64,000 bases of DNA from Basidiobolus meristosporus CBS 931.73 (lineage: Eukaryota; Fungi; Basidiobolomycota), in the NCBI GenBank assembly GCA_002104905.1, contig MCFE01000420.1:14152-78151 (forward strand), in the 5' to 3' direction. This document shows positions 26,045-41,638 of this stretch, one piece after another; within the stretch, counting starts at the first letter, position 1, and every line of letters begins with the position of its first letter. The position numbers and the translations under genes were made by a program. The notes under the pieces were generated by a model. The model did no database searches and was not told the origin of the DNA. It worked only from the letters and a program-made list of their open reading frames with translations.

Positions 26045-27250
26045 TTAAGCATCCTTTTGTAACTTTGTCGAAGGGCCAGCTAGGCTCGACATGTTATTCT
26101 CAGCAGCAACACGGGCTTCCTCTGTCTTCTTGTTATTATCATGAGCTATGTTCTTGGCCACTCCCTTCAAGGCTCTTCTAACGAATGCTCGCCTAGAGAT
26201 GCCGTTCGCGTCAAAGTATACAAGAGATACATTCCCAAGTATGTCTAATGTCTCCGATGCCAAATTGCCGGCTTCATTTCCATATTTATGAGTTATCACT
26301 TCGGATGTGGCAGCCCGAGCATCGTTCAAGACCAACACAACACCTTGTTCTAGGCCTTGAAATATATTTCCGATTGCAATGATTGAGCTTCTGGCAAGGT
26401 TGCGGATGGTACGCGCAGTAGGGCTTGATTCTGCGCTTTCAGCTGGGACAATCAAGTTGCCAATTTTGGCTCCCACGCCCACAGCAATATTGGCAATTTG
26501 CGTCACAACATACCGTGTGGCCTTCAGAGCTGTGCTTGAATAGCTTTTAATCGTTCTAATTCTATTGATGGTAACTGCTTCGAACACAAGTGGCTTTTCA
26601 TTTGGGGAGAGCGAGGCTTGTAATTTCTCGCTCCCGTATTTTATCCCCTGGGATAGGTATTCAGCACTTTTGACCAGATTGGTAGAGATATATTCTGAGC
26701 TGGAGACCAGGAAGTCGCCTTCAGTGGATAGCTTCACCCTTCTAACATCCTGGTTTTGCTCTTTCGAGGCATCTTCATCAACTTCGATAATGACTGGGGT
26801 TTTGTCATCAGCGATACTAACTTGATCTTCCTCAACCAGTTTTACTTTGTCCGACAGTACGCCAACAACTTGCCCAGCGTCGTCAACCATTGCCAGTGTA
26901 TTCTGGTAGCTTCCTTGCCTCGATAAAATGCCATAATTTGCCAATAGGTCCTCGAATATATCCACCTCTTCCTTTGGAGCATCCAACAAATCCAATTGAT
27001 GTTGTATGGAATCATCAGAATGGATTATGAAGGAATTATCATTGGGGCGGACTATCTTTGTCTTGGGCAAGATCAGCAAGCTAAACTGCTTCTCGCCAAT
27101 GTACAAGAGACATGCGGGGGTATTATCGGAATTGTGAGCCAAGTGAAAGGCACGAAGCTCACCAACTATCTCTTCTGAGTTATTGTCATCTAGCGAATGG
27201 CAACGGACTGTAGGAAGAGCAAAGATGAATTCAAGAGTTTCTTGTGACAT
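26045..27250 (-). CDS. Senescence/spartin-associated domain protein
   Basis: Intronless 401 aa ORF; C-terminal amphipathic senescence domain (LEQG...A..ATSEVITHKYGNEAG). Confidence 0.8.
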   Translation of the reverse strand: MSQETLEFIFALPTVRCHSLDDNNSEEIVGELRAFHLAHNSDNTPACLLYIGEKQFSLLILPKTKIVRPNDNSFIIHSDDSIQHQLDLLDAPKEEVDIFEDLLANYGILSRQGSYQNTLAMVDDAGQVVGVLSDKVKLVEEDQVSIADDKTPVIIEVDEDASKEQNQDVRRVKLSTEGDFLVSSSEYISTNLVKSAEYLSQGIKYGSEKLQASLSPNEKPLVFEAVTINRIRTIKSYSSTALKATRYVVTQIANIAVGVGAKIGNLIVPAESAESSPTARTIRNLARSSIIAIGNIFQGLEQGVVLVLNDARAATSEVITHKYGNEAGNLASETLDILGNVSLVYFDANGISRRAFVRRALKGVAKNIAHDNNKKTEEARVAAENNMSSLAGPSTKLQKDA

Positions 27251-28881
27251 GGTGATGTATGAAGTGTATGTATTTTAGAGTATTGATACGACCTCGCATT
27301 TATATGGGTTGCTTCATTGCGCCGCATAGACATCATCTTAGCCAATTGATATCCAGATGAGTAACCAGGATAGCTTTAATTTACCTACTCCTTTGTCACA
27401 CTGGATGCAGCTCATCGAAATGACAACGTCACAGATATGAAAGAGGAAATTCTGATTACCTCGGTGCTTAATCAAAAGGTACAGCCATGCTAGACATTGA
27501 AGCTTGGCAAGCACACTCTCATGATATCGGTGTCGCAGCTGGACTACCAAACAGCCAGCTGGCAGTTACTTTCTGCTTGTTGACGATCGGTTTCAAACCC
27601 GCTCGCCTGTAGCTTGAACGGGCCAAGGGTTTATGTACAGAAAAAAGCATCCGTCAAATGAACTGCTCCTACGACTGAGCATAGTATACTAAACACATTC
27701 GGCACAATGCACCGATCAGTGAGCGACAGAAACCAGCAGGCGTAGGTGTTTAGTTTATCATCAACTATATCCCGAAATCCCTACGCTAGAAAAACCATAC
27801 TTCATGATGACAACCACGGTAGCAAATCGAGAACATTGCGTGACAATAGTAATGTTGCATCCTATCTCACGCTCATTCAATGTTCACATAACTGAAAGCT
27901 ATTGCAAAAGAATTAGCTAATCACCGTTCCAACCTCCACCCAAGTATGGTTAATGATGATTCCCGTGAAACTCGACATTTCAACCAAATGCACCACAACA
28001 AGCTTTTGCGTCCAGATCAACATTCGACTTCCCCCAACAGTACCGGCAATTAAGGTATATAGCTGCCATATCCGGCTTGAGCTGCTCACAACAATCCAAC
28101 CCCTCGCCGGCCGTAGCCATGATCGGATTGGTACATGTACGTATTTGATCATTTCAAGTTGCTGGGAATGGAAATGAGTGCGCAGTTCACTGCTAATCTT
28201 AGAGCATCTCAACTTCTGAGACAAGCTGCAACATCACGAGCTAATTCAGTATCAATGCCCAACATCCAGCACCCAGCACTGCCACCCTAGCCAGACGACC
28301 GGCTGCCATAGCAAGCGCAGAGAACTGTGCAGTGGCCCACTGGCTTATTCTTGTTGGGTCTTGATGGAGGGGACGTGTCTGGATTTGCTGGGCGGGTGAC
28401 TGCCAGCAATGTCCGCACTACAGCTGGATGGCATCTGTCCCCTCCACTTGCCAATGGAAAATATCCGAGTCTTTGAGTTCTGCGTAGTAAATTGATTCCA
28501 GGCACGAGACACGTTCTCTGCTTGATTCCGACCGCACCCTTCATCCAGATAAATGTGTATGTTTCGAAATGGCCATGATTCTGGAAATCAGGAGAGGTTG
28601 GTCAAGAGTGCAATATATCTCGAAACGCTCCATACCCATAAATGAGTGGTTTCCACTTCCTCGGGGTATTCAGGTGGAGATGGAAAAATACATGTGTACG
28701 CCCAAATCAATAAAATGTACCATTGTGCAATCTGATTGAGACAAATAATCATGGATTCTTTAATGATTCGCCCGCTTATCTCTTGGTACATGGCCTCTCA
28801 TATTAGGAATTATATATATCAGCAAGCACCAGCCTCTCCGTACCAGATTGCGTTTTTTTCCTGGAAAATCGATTTGTATTG

Positions 28882-30726
28882 ATGGACACAAGGAAAACCC
28901 AACCACGCCTAATTACAGAACCGTTGAGTAGCGACGACAGCGACGACACTGGTTCTTCGAGCTCTTCTTCAGTTGCGTCAGAGTCGCCCACTCGTAATCC
29001 AGTATTGCCCAATAGAGAGAGTGCTCAACCTCCCGCTTATTCAAGAGAAATTCGCTCGATGAGAGATGAAAATGCCGGTGGCCCAACTGCACCCCTTTTG
29101 GCTTCAGGCTACTCCCAGAGCTACACTGCACCTAGTAGACAGACCTCCTCGGCCAACAAAGATATGCCCCCCCTCCCAGTGCCTCGTAATAGAAACGTCT
29201 CTTTTGAAACGCCCTCTGTTCCTTTCTTACCCCTCACTAGGAGCAGAACTCTAGAAAGTCGTAATCAAGTTGCCGAGGATCTTGTTGATCGCTTCTCTCT
29301 TGGAGCCTCGCCAGCTCGCAATGGAATTCTATCCAACCTGCTGAAGCTCCACAACGCCTCTGCCAACGCACATACAACCTCAGATAGCAGCTCCTTGAAC
29401 GGGGGTGTTGTAATTCACGATTTAACAAAGGAGGGCCGACGCAATGACGAGGAGGTCGCACGCTTTCTCGAAAGACGTTCTACCATCACCACCATAGCAG
29501 AAGCTTTGCTTCATCAGGACTACTTTATTCTCTTGTCCAAAGCGATGGTGTTGTTCGGTGCCCCCGCTCACCGTCTGGAAGATAACATGAATCGTGCGTC
29601 GGTAGCCCTTGGCGTGGACGCCTCGTTTGCGTTTTTACCTGGGCTGATCCTGGTTTCCTTCGGGGATGAAGACACGCACACGAGCGAGACTCATATTATC
29701 AAGGCCGAGCCAAACTTCGATATGTACAAGCTGAATCGAGTGAATGACATATCAAAAAGCGTTATCTATGGTGAGATCGATGTCGAGGATGCGTACGATG
29801 AGATTGAAACGTTGCTGGAATCGCCGCCACTCTATCCATGGTGGATGGATATTGTTGTATACAGTGTGTCGTCCTTTTTAATATGCCCATTAGCCTTCGG
29901 CGGAGATTGGATTGATGGCTTAGTGAGCGGTCTGCTCGGCCTGGTGGTGGGTAGCTTGCAACAACTCGCTCGAAGAATCTTCAACTACTCAACTGTGTTC
30001 GAGGTGACCGCTGCAGTGATCTGCTCATTCATAGCCACCGCCCTTCACCGACATATATGTTATACGTCGGTAGTCCTCTCGTCTGTTTATAATTTATTGC
30101 CAGGCCTGACGTTTGCCACCTCCGTCATGGAGTTGGCCTCCAGAAACATCAACTCAGGCGTCATCCGGATGGGCTATGCGCTGGTGCTCTCTTTCATGTT
30201 TGGGTTTGGGTTGACCTTTGGGTCTCAATTGTGGAGGAATCTAAACGACCTGGACGGGCCGGTGGATACATCGAACTGCCACCCAGTAGACCCATCGTGG
30301 TACTTCCTCCTTCTTCCTCTGCTCAGCATAAGCTACAACATCAATCTGCAATCCCACCCACGCCAATGGCCACTCATGATATGCTTGGGCGCTGTTGGGT
30401 TCGGCACATCCTTCCACACGTCCAAGCGCTACGACGAGACGACCTCGGCTGCCATCTCGGCATTTGCCCTCGGCTTGGTAGGGAATCTCTATTCCCGTAT
30501 CACACATAGAACAAGTTTTGCTGCCACCATGTCTGCGGTCATGATTTTGGTACCCGGAACCCTTGGAGTCCGCGGAGTGTACGATGCGCTTTTGCATGCC
30601 GGGAAAGGATCCACCTTAGCCTTCGAGATGGTCATTATTCCACTAAGCATTGCTGTAGGTCTGTTTATGGCCACGCTACTGATTTACCCGACCGGCAAGC
30701 GGAGAACGGCTCTCTTGGCGTTCTGA
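28882..30726 (+). CDS. Prm10-like threonine/serine exporter family (ThrE/DUF1212) membrane protein
   Basis: LFGAPAHRLE, SFGDEDTHTSETH, LLPGLTF, LVPGTLGV motifs; about 10 TM segments. Confidence 0.88.
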   Translation: MDTRKTQPRLITEPLSSDDSDDTGSSSSSSVASESPTRNPVLPNRESAQPPAYSREIRSMRDENAGGPTAPLLASGYSQSYTAPSRQTSSANKDMPPLPVPRNRNVSFETPSVPFLPLTRSRTLESRNQVAEDLVDRFSLGASPARNGILSNLLKLHNASANAHTTSDSSSLNGGVVIHDLTKEGRRNDEEVARFLERRSTITTIAEALLHQDYFILLSKAMVLFGAPAHRLEDNMNRASVALGVDASFAFLPGLILVSFGDEDTHTSETHIIKAEPNFDMYKLNRVNDISKSVIYGEIDVEDAYDEIETLLESPPLYPWWMDIVVYSVSSFLICPLAFGGDWIDGLVSGLLGLVVGSLQQLARRIFNYSTVFEVTAAVICSFIATALHRHICYTSVVLSSVYNLLPGLTFATSVMELASRNINSGVIRMGYALVLSFMFGFGLTFGSQLWRNLNDLDGPVDTSNCHPVDPSWYFLLLPLLSISYNINLQSHPRQWPLMICLGAVGFGTSFHTSKRYDETTSAAISAFALGLVGNLYSRITHRTSFAATMSAVMILVPGTLGVRGVYDALLHAGKGSTLAFEMVIIPLSIAVGLFMATLLIYPTGKRRTALLAF

Positions 30727-31231
30727 TTTCGAGCAACCCAGCCTCCCATAGCCGTAACCCATGTTCATATATACGTTCGGGCCCACTTTACATAGTTATG
30801 TCTTCACCAACCAATTGTTAGTACTGCATCATCCTCTGACTTCTAATAGCTTTCCAATACCTCCCCCCTTCCATCATTCGCCTGAAGTTGTGATTGTAAA
30901 TACTTCGACAGGCCCCGCCTCACGGGTGTATTAAACGAGTCAATATCCATATACTTCACTTCCCTCTGGAACCTATCCACTGCTCGATGCAAAGTGTCGT
31001 TCAGAACAATCCTTGGAAATCCCATACGAGTGAGCAGGGTGTAAGATGCATGCGATCGACGCCAGTAAGCATGGAGTATCCTGTGGATCAGTGTATTATT
31101 TATTTGATGACATATGTAAAACTTGATGAATGCTACGGATAGCGTTGGAGAGTAACGAACAGGAGAGCAGATTGCCAGCTGCCCATCAACAAGACAATGC
31201 AGTGATGACATCTGGCCTATCTGTGGGTTAC

Positions 31232-31635
31232 TTATTGAGAGGCGTTATCGTATGCAGCCAATTCATTAGCAATATCTTCATCAATCTTGGGAACTTCAGG
31301 GGCAGCAGGGAGCTTGAGGTCCTTGACTTGGCCAACTTCAGAGCCAGCTGCCTGAGCACTAGGCTTGTACCCCTTCAACGCCTTGATATACAAGTCCTGA
31401 ACAACATCTGCGAAGAAACAGAGGTCAATGGGCGATCCGGGCAGGTCAACGATCCCGGCGCTCGCTTACCTTTCATGCATACAGCTTGGGAAGAGAAGCC
31501 ACGGACGGCAGTAGCGGTAGCAACAGAAGTCTACACGTGAAAGCGACGTTATCAGTAACAGAGCAGCCCGTGGTTGATATTCATCTGAATACATACTCTC
31601 AAAGAGCTAGAAACGAGAGTGCGAATGGCATACAT
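31232..31635 (-). CDS. ATP14: Mitochondrial ATP synthase subunit h (3 exons; absent from the ORF track)
   Basis: Spliced translation MYAIRTLVSSSLRTSVATATAVRGFSSQAVCMKDVVQDLYIKALKGYKPSAQAAGSEVGQVKDLKLPAAPEVPKIDEDIANELAAYDNASQ*: presequence plus the conserved DxVQDLYxxxLKxYKP motif; GTATGT and GTAAGC introns. Confidence 0.88.
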
Positions 31636-31949
31636 CTTGATGTGGTGTCTTGTGAAGCACGAAAGAAAAGCCCAACGTCAACACCTGTACCAGCATGGCT
31701 TAAACTTTGAGTGCTCTGTGGGGCGAGAGATCTGTGGGGTAAATTTCATCGGCTGATTGAAATTGAAAAAATTTCACCAAGATTCCCTCAATCCTGAGAA
31801 ATCAATGGAGTCTGGGGCAGCAATTTTTCCTAGCCTATCACCTGCCGGGACTAATTCTACCGGCCATAATGGGAATGCGTACTGCTAGCGTCCAGCCATG
31901 ACACACGGTGTTCCGCAACAATTGTGTGACCCATAACGCTATCCACTAT

Positions 31950-33300
31950 GCCTGATTTAAGCAACATTGCTGCTAATCTGTTTAAGCCAACTCCTTGCTT
32001 CCTTTGGAATCCCTGCAGAGGATTTGAGGCGACAGAAAAGGAATCCCCCCGTTTATACTCACTGAACTGCCTGGATCTCCACCCTTTTCTCAGACACAAT
32101 GTGCCCCCGATAATTTCCATCAGTTGTACAGGCTCTTGGCTCTCCCATAACCATCAGATCTATGGCAATGCGAGCACTACTAGTGTTGAAGACAACAGCC
32201 GTATCTGAATGCTCAATATACCCATTGCCTTCTTGCTCTAAGCAGCATACATCACAGACTCCTCCCGCTCTTTCAGCCGCGTTGGAGGGTACCCCAAGCT
32301 GTGATATGATTGAATAGGTAGGCTCAACCGGACGTGTTTCAGTAGCATACCATTCTAGAACATGCCACCTGGCAGTCACCTGCTCTGGACAACATCCCAC
32401 TGCACTTTAAAGTATAATAATATAGTACCACGACCATTTAAGTGTGATGTACAAATCGCGTAGCACCCCAGTGAGCATACTGAACAGCTCACGGAGACCA
32501 CACCCCAAGTGATGATGTGTGCAGATTGAAAGGGCAGCTTGCCTCGTGACCACGGCACTGTCTCAAGACCCACAAGCTCGCTTCCTCCATGTGGCTGACA
32601 GCAAGGCAGGGCGCTCGCCGCCAGCGCCATTCCTAACCTCAAGCCATGCTGCCCTCTATCCTCAGCACTACACCCATTTGGAACGTAGCACGGCTGAAGC
32701 ATATTGCTAGCCCCAAGCCAATCGGTAAATTGGTGCTGCTTGAAATACCGATCATCTCACCATTCCTGCTCATACCCATCTCTGCCGCTTCACCACCTTG
32801 CGGCAAATGGTGTTCCGAATCCAACCCTCCACCCGCCCCTTCCTAAAACGTACCCTGTATGCAGCTACATCAACATACATCGTGACGCACCCACGAACAT
32901 ATTCAAGAATGGGCCAAAGGATGCGCTCGAATATAGACGTGTTCCTGATTGATAATATTCCCTATATTATTGCCTAGCATGACCTGTGTCACAAAATATA
33001 TTGCCAGGTGACAGCCATCAAGATAATGCGAAAATGGCCAGGTGTCGTATGCAGACACAGCTAAACCCAGTCGAGGGTGGGTGGTGGATGGGCGTATTGC
33101 AGCGTGTTTTGAAGCGCAGTCGAAGCGATTGCAGCTGCCAGAGAGCCGAGGACAGCAGCGACGCTCACGAACGCCTCTCGCGTAGCCTAGGGCCCAGCCA
33201 GTTGAAGAGCTGCGTCGGAGAGGCTTGCTCGATGGCAAAAGAGGAAGGCAAAGGGCAGCCGGAGGCTTGGATGAGCCGACCACCATGTCTTCCTGGCTTG
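31950..33300 (-). other. Unidentified multi-intron gene or pseudogene
   Basis: A series of canonical introns on the minus strand (GTACGT, GTATGA, GTATGC x3, GTGAGT...CTGCAG). A partial splice gives LECLGYPPTRLKEREESVISARIAIDLMVMG, but I could not assemble or recognise a full model. Confidence 0.35.
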
Positions 33301-33567
33301 CGTACGAGTGGGAATGCAAGTGCCGAGCTTTACTAAAATTATCAAAATTAAGATTAGCTCTACTCATGGATTTGGTTACGAATTTGGGCAGAAAATAAGT
33401 TCCTACGAGCCAGTCATCTGATAATCATGATAGGGGGTATAAATAAATCTAAGCTCTACCAATGGCCGTGCAGATCGCAAGTTCTATTTGCACTGAATTC
33501 GTGTGGAATTAGCCTGATTAACGAAACTATATCCATCTTTTATTCAATTTTGACAACTGATTCTTTC

Positions 33568-35610
33568 ATGGTTAGTATCTTCACACTCCATCGTTCTTCG
33601 AATAGCACAATGGAGCCGGGTGTCAAAAGGAAAGGTCCATTGGGGCTAGCAAAGCAGCTAGATGTTCTTGTCAAACCCCAACCAGTGGAATATTCACAAG
33701 TACTCTCGCAATCCTCTCTGTTTACCTCCTTATTTAAGAGCCAAAGTGAGCGGATATTTGCACTCTTCATCTTGGCGCTTCTTACTCGTTTTCTCGTGTG
33801 GGTGATTGCTTTCACATCCAACTATTTCATAGAAGATTATGATTCTTCCATCGATTTGATCCTCCCCAACATCTCGACCAAGAATTCGTTTCGAATCCTG
33901 CTGAAGAGAGTTGTGACAACTTTTGTTAGATGGGACGCTTTCTATTTTGTACATATTGCAGAGGAAGGGTACATTTACGAGCAAGAGTATGCATTTTTTC
34001 CCATGTTGCCTTTTTTGATGAAGGGGATCAGCGCGACTGGTTGGTATTTTTGTTATGATTAGACCTCCTGACTGTTGCTAATATTCTATGACTTTGTTCA
34101 CCTCCCTTTCTAGTGCTGAGGCCGCTTCTGATATTGTTAGACCATAAATCAATCTTGGTGCTATCAGGGATTATAATCTCGAATGTTTCGTTTGCTCTGG
34201 CAACTGCTACTCTGTACCAGTATGTATCGCTTGATTCTCCGCCCATCTTTGGTTCAATGTCTTTTTGTATTAACAGCAACCATTTTTGAAACTGCAGTCT
34301 GTCCTACTCCATATTCAAGAAGGAGAGATTTGCACTGATTTCTGCCCTGTGTTTCTGCTTTACTCCTTCTTGCATGTTCATGTCCTCCATGTAAGTTCCT
34401 GAGGGAAGGTCATCTGTTTTGGAGCAGATTTTCATATGGCTTGCTCTGTAGGTATACTGAGAGCTTGTTTGCGCTGCTAACTTTCGTCGGTATGGACCTG
34501 TACATTCATCGGTGGTTCTGGAGTGCAGCTATTGTCTGGTCGTTCAGTACTCTCACGAGGTCGAACGGTGTCGTCTACGTCGGGTTTTTCATCTTCGATT
34601 TGTGTATCAAGAATCGCTCAAGCTCGGCAGTGGTAGGTGTCTTGATTATATGATGTCGAACGATGGACCAAGTGATAGACTGTTGAATTGGCCAGGTTTA
34701 TATGACGCAGGTGTTGAAAGCGATGGCTTTGTCGCTTGTGACCTTCCTTGGGATGGCTAGTTTTCAGATGTATGGATACCTCAATTACTGCGCGAACACA
34801 AGCCAACCGCGCCCATGGTGTCAGGCCAGGATCCCGCTACTCTATTCTTTTGTGCAAGAAGAATACTGGTGAGCCCTAGTAATACTTGAGCCAACCATTC
34901 GTTCGCGTTCTGATCTTTTGCATAGGAATTGCGGGCTGTTTAGGTATTACGAATGGAAGCAGCTTCCGAATTTCTTGCTTGCCGCCCCCATGGTGTTGCT
35001 CTCTTTTTGTGGCATATGGTCGTACGCAGCACACGATCTTCTCCGTTTCTTCTCCGTTGGCATCTTGAAGGCCACCCGCGAAGGTACATTTTCAACCACG
35101 ACGCCCAGCTATTCTTCACATCCTGTTTACCTAGTGTTTTCCCACTCATTCCTAGCCGGACAGCCCAAGGGTGCCCAACCTTCGGACGAAAACGGGGTTT
35201 CCCACTCACTGAAACCTAACATCGGGCAAAGCCGTGGGCGAAATGTCAGCAACAAAGTGCCGGTGATGTTTTCTCCTCTGTCGCATATCCCAGGCAGTGC
35301 TGATCATTTGGAAGGAAGTGAGCCCAACAAGAATGTGTTGGGAGAGCTATTTTACACAGAGGCACTCCTGCCTTTCATATATCTATGGGGAGTATTGTTG
35401 GTTTATTGCACCTTGGCCATGCACATCCAAGTGATCACCCGGTTCTTTTCTTGTATGCCGACGGTCTATTGGTTTGCTGCTCATCTGCTGGCGCAAGACA
35501 CCGATAACTCCAAACGGAAAAGAGTTGCCAGTCAGATTGTTCTCTTTTACTTCATCACATACGGCTTGGTGGGGATCGTGTTGTTTAGTAATTTCTTCCC
35601 ACCTGCATGA
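33568..35610 (+). CDS. GPI18: GPI mannosyltransferase 2 (PIG-V/Gpi18), multi-exon; start approximate
   Basis: RWDAFYFVHIAEEGYIYEQEYAFFP, YTESLFA, RSNG, GLFRYYEWKQLPNFLLAAP, HIQVITRF, NFFPPA* motifs. Confidence 0.92.
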
Positions 35611-36701
35611 ACTCTGCCCTTGCTCCATCCTACGGGCGGTTATTCATAGCGTCGCTACCTAGGGATTCGACAGAATCCAGTGGTGCTCATTTGCCTCCTC
35701 CCTCCTCCCGACAGCATTTGTCGTATTTCGGTGCTCTTCATACTTTGGTTTAGGGACTCTTCATAGACACGCCATACCTTGAGCCAGCTAGATTCCGGAA
35801 CCACACTCAAGTTCGGCCAGGTGTTCTTGATTTCGTACATTTTGTAAATTAGTGTTCTCTACTTTCTTCCACCCTCAGTATAATCATTTTCCTATTATTC
35901 TAATCACCGATGAGTGCATGACCTACAAGCGTAAGCAGTGAAGGAAGACCCGCCCATACCCGATGATGGGCTGATGAGGCCATTATTCCCCCAGATGTTT
36001 TCCACACAACATTCACCTCTCGTGTACACTCAATAGAACTCATATGGATCGGTGAAGAAATTGATGTGCCCTATGGTGCTTCTCACCCGTAGCATCGCCC
36101 TTGTCCAAGCTGCAGCCTAGTCACCACTATATGCCTTTTCTCAACTTCACGATGTACAATGAATCCCACCACTGCTTATCATCACATATATCATGTCCTG
36201 TTCACACATTCATCGCTCTTATGTCGTCAATACAACCTATTTAATCTATACCATGTTTCTTTGATGGGAGGTTGGGTGGCAATTGGGTTTTCCCGAAAAC
36301 CGCGGACTGCTCCTGGCGGAGTCGCCTTGACCTTGGTGAGCCTGGAACGAAACTGCAAGGAGGCTATTTACGCATATGTATGCTTGCTTATGGTGGAGCA
36401 TGAACGACTAATCCTATATTGATGCCAATCAATCGAGCTACCATCAATCACGCTCTGGGGGAATTGATTGAAATTATCCGAAGATAATCGAATACTGCTG
36501 GTGACTTGCAAATACTTCGATCAGTGGGAGGGGGCTACTATTCAACAATTCGATTTCCCGCCCAACTGGAACATTCCGCGCGGAAGTTGATGCTGATGGT
36601 TTCTTTGACTCCTCATATAGGCTTCCCGGTTTCAGTTTCAGTTTCGAGTGTCGGCTGGGTATTCAAATCCAGATACCTGGGCTGGCATTATATTTACACA
36701 A

Positions 36702-37190
36702 CTTTGCCACTTGACTCGACGCCGATTGTATATCGCATTGTAGCGTGGTAAGTCCCTATCTGACAAGATCTTGTGAAGCGTTACCGAGCATTATCCCATC
36801 CGCCTAGCATACATGAGCGATGCTCCTGTGAAACATAGTTACCCTAACTGCGCTGTGTTGGGTCGTGCTAGGCTAGGGTGAAGGTGCGTGCGTGGATGTT
36901 CTTCACCCACACTCCGGAAACAAGCATGCTGCCCTATGTGCAATGCTCGCTTGATTCCGATGTCCCATGGGAGACTGATTGTCGCCTGACTGATTCGAAC
37001 GAATGCATCGCTCACTCTGTCTTCACAAGACCCATCCTTGCACATCGCAACAGCCACACAGCCACACCGGCGAGCAAGACCTCGCAAGGAGGTACCCTCG
37101 ACATAGCACCGATGCCGGGAAGGACAGACGCGGGTGTTCCTGCTCGCTCTTGATCTTACTGAGGGCATTGCACCAATTCGAGGCCAACCT
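36702..37190 (+). repeat. Left arm of ~490-bp inverted repeat
   Basis: Near-identical reverse complement of 41150-41638; only a handful of substitutions seen. Confidence 0.92.
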
Positions 37191-38437
37191 GGACACGTGC
37201 TGGGTTGGGCGCAGATAATTACCAGGCAAGATGGAAGTTTATCCGGCATATGGCCAGTACAAACAAACATGATGTCCAGCTGATTCAAAGTTACAGTAAT
37301 TAAATCCGCCGTGTCAGCAAGCAGCTGAAGCCACGTCGGATCAGGCGTCGACATCTGTGGTGTCATCAGTTCTTGGCGCCGAATCCACCACAAAGGAACA
37401 GAACAAGAATTGGGGATTTAGTTTGTATCGCCTACATTTTCGGAACACTACCCACGCTGAATCTGTTCAGAGCAGCATGAGACGGGCATCCAGACCTGAA
37501 ACATTCCTAGATATCCCTTCATTAACTCGCCTAAGAGAGTGCACCAAATAAATTGCCTGCCATCCAATCTGACATCAGCCTATTTGTAAGTACTCCCATA
37601 TCACACCGCCGGCGACTATTTTGCCACCACGCAGTGGAACCATCTGCCCTACCGATGGTCGCTTCTGAGAAGAATCCATTCAATGGCAATCCATCGCCTG
37701 TGGGCAGGTAGGCACCATCCCAATCCAAATCACAGCTGATAAGCAGGTTGCGAATTGGAGATGTCACGGATCCGAGGGGTGAAATGGGGTGAAATGGGCT
37801 TGATCTGATGAAAATCCTTCATGGTATGCTGCACAACAGGCGACTCAACATGATCCGTTACCAGCTTTCTGAAATGTTAAGGAGAAAAAGGGGTTCGCTG
37901 AATCATATGATATCGCCTTGATTGGCCCGTATCCAGACTCGGTCATTGAGTAATACAAAGTATCTCTTCGGATTTGGTCTTGTTGATCCTACTCTAGCGT
38001 TCCCAAGTCCCTATACGACTGATCGAAACAATGGAGGCTGCCTCAAAGATCGCAAAACACATTGATTAGCTGCACCCAAGGAATTTCAGCCAATTGCATG
38101 GTGCCTAGGTATACTGAGCAAGTTAAAGCAAAAATATTATGACGAATCATCAGCCTCTTTAGACCCATCAACATGTATCGGTTTCAACAGCAGAGTGTGA
38201 CTTCTCAGAGTAGTGTACATATTGGGAATAATCCCATCCCCAATCAATCTTCCCCCTATTCTTAGCCATTCCACTCACAGTCACTCACACCCACCCTCAC
38301 ACCCGCACCCGCACCCACACCCACACCCGCAACCATCGTGTATAAATATTCCCTCAGCCCCCTTCTCATCCCATCAGTTTACACAAAGTTGTGTGATTAA
38401 TCCTCCTCGCCCATCGCATCCTAACCACTCCCTGAAT

Positions 38438-40587
<2,150 letters not shown>

Positions 40588-41149
40588 GCATCGATGATGC
40601 ATCGTTCAAAGTACACCATGATGTTTGGCCGACCTGAGCCCTCTAATAACCTTAAATTTCTTATCCAATCCTTTGACTCCGTAAAAGAAAATTTCGTTTA
40701 GCTTCGATCGTATTTCTCCCCTCCTCTTTACCACCTGGCGCCAGTTCTAGTGCACATATCTCCCTATATACCATCTAATACGTATCATGAGAATTAAAGG
40801 AGTATAATTGATCCCCACTAGTGTGCATCTCATCCGTAGGTAGATTGGACGGTGGTCTTTTCGCAGACCGACCATGTTGAGCACTTTGTTGGCAGTGGTG
40901 CTGATGTGTGATGATATGCAGTATCGTTGTTAACCAGCGGCTGAAAAGCGTGATGGCCTATGGACACCAAACCTGAGAATCTTTGCTGCTGACAGGTGAG
41001 TAGATGGGATGGATAGATATTATAAAATGGCTGCCAATCACAACTTTGATTTTCGATCTACTGATTGTAGAATCTACTTACACCGCTACCTGATAACGGC
41101 TAAATCTACTCTGTGTAGGAACCTTGTCCACTCAGCTCAACACATGGCG

Positions 41150-41638
41150 AGGTTGGCCTCGAATTGGTGCAATGCACTCAGTAAGATCAAGAGCGAGCAG
41201 GAACACCCGCGTCTGTCCTTCCCGGCATCGGTGCTATGTCGAGGGTACCTCCTTGCGAGGTCTTGCTCGCCGGTGTGGCTGTGTGGCTGTTGCGATGTGC
41301 AAGGATGGGTCTTGTGAAGACAGAGTGAGCGATGCATTCGTTCGAATCAGTCAGGCGACAATCAGTCTCCCATGGGACATCGGAATCAAGCGAGCATTGC
41401 ACATAGGGCAGCATGCTTGTTTCCGGAGTGTGGGTGAAGAACATCCACGCACACACCTTCACCCTAGCCTAGCACGACCCAACACAGCGCAGTTAGGGTA
41501 ACTATGTTTCACAGGAGCATCACTCATGTATGCTAGGCGGATGGGATAATGCTCGGTAACGCTTCACAAGATCTTGTCAGATAGGGACTTACCACGCTAC
41601 AATGCGATATACAATCGGCGTCGAGTCGAGTGGTAAAG
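41150..41638 (-). repeat. Right arm of ~490-bp inverted repeat
   Basis: Reverse complement of 36702-37190. Confidence 0.92.

Noticed and set aside
28200-28480. Rossmann-like RVAVLGAG fragment on the minus strand
   Set aside because: Surrounded by stops and frameshifts; no coherent gene model.
30843-31211. 122-aa minus-strand ORF downstream of ATP14
   Set aside because: No recognisable domain or splice support.
32555-32580. Possible selenoprotein CxxU (RACGS-TGA, minus strand)
   Set aside because: The flanking sequence does not resemble known selenoprotein families, upstream stops occur in that frame, and no SECIS was identified.
36839-37393. 184-aa ORF and its mirror 41124-41501 as protein-coding genes
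   Set aside because: No recognisable motifs, and several frames are similarly open; kept only as part of the inverted repeat.
38285-38335. (CACACC/CGCACC)n tract upstream of GFA1 as a telomere-like sequence
   Set aside because: Does not match TTAGGG/CCCTAA; a low-complexity promoter tract.
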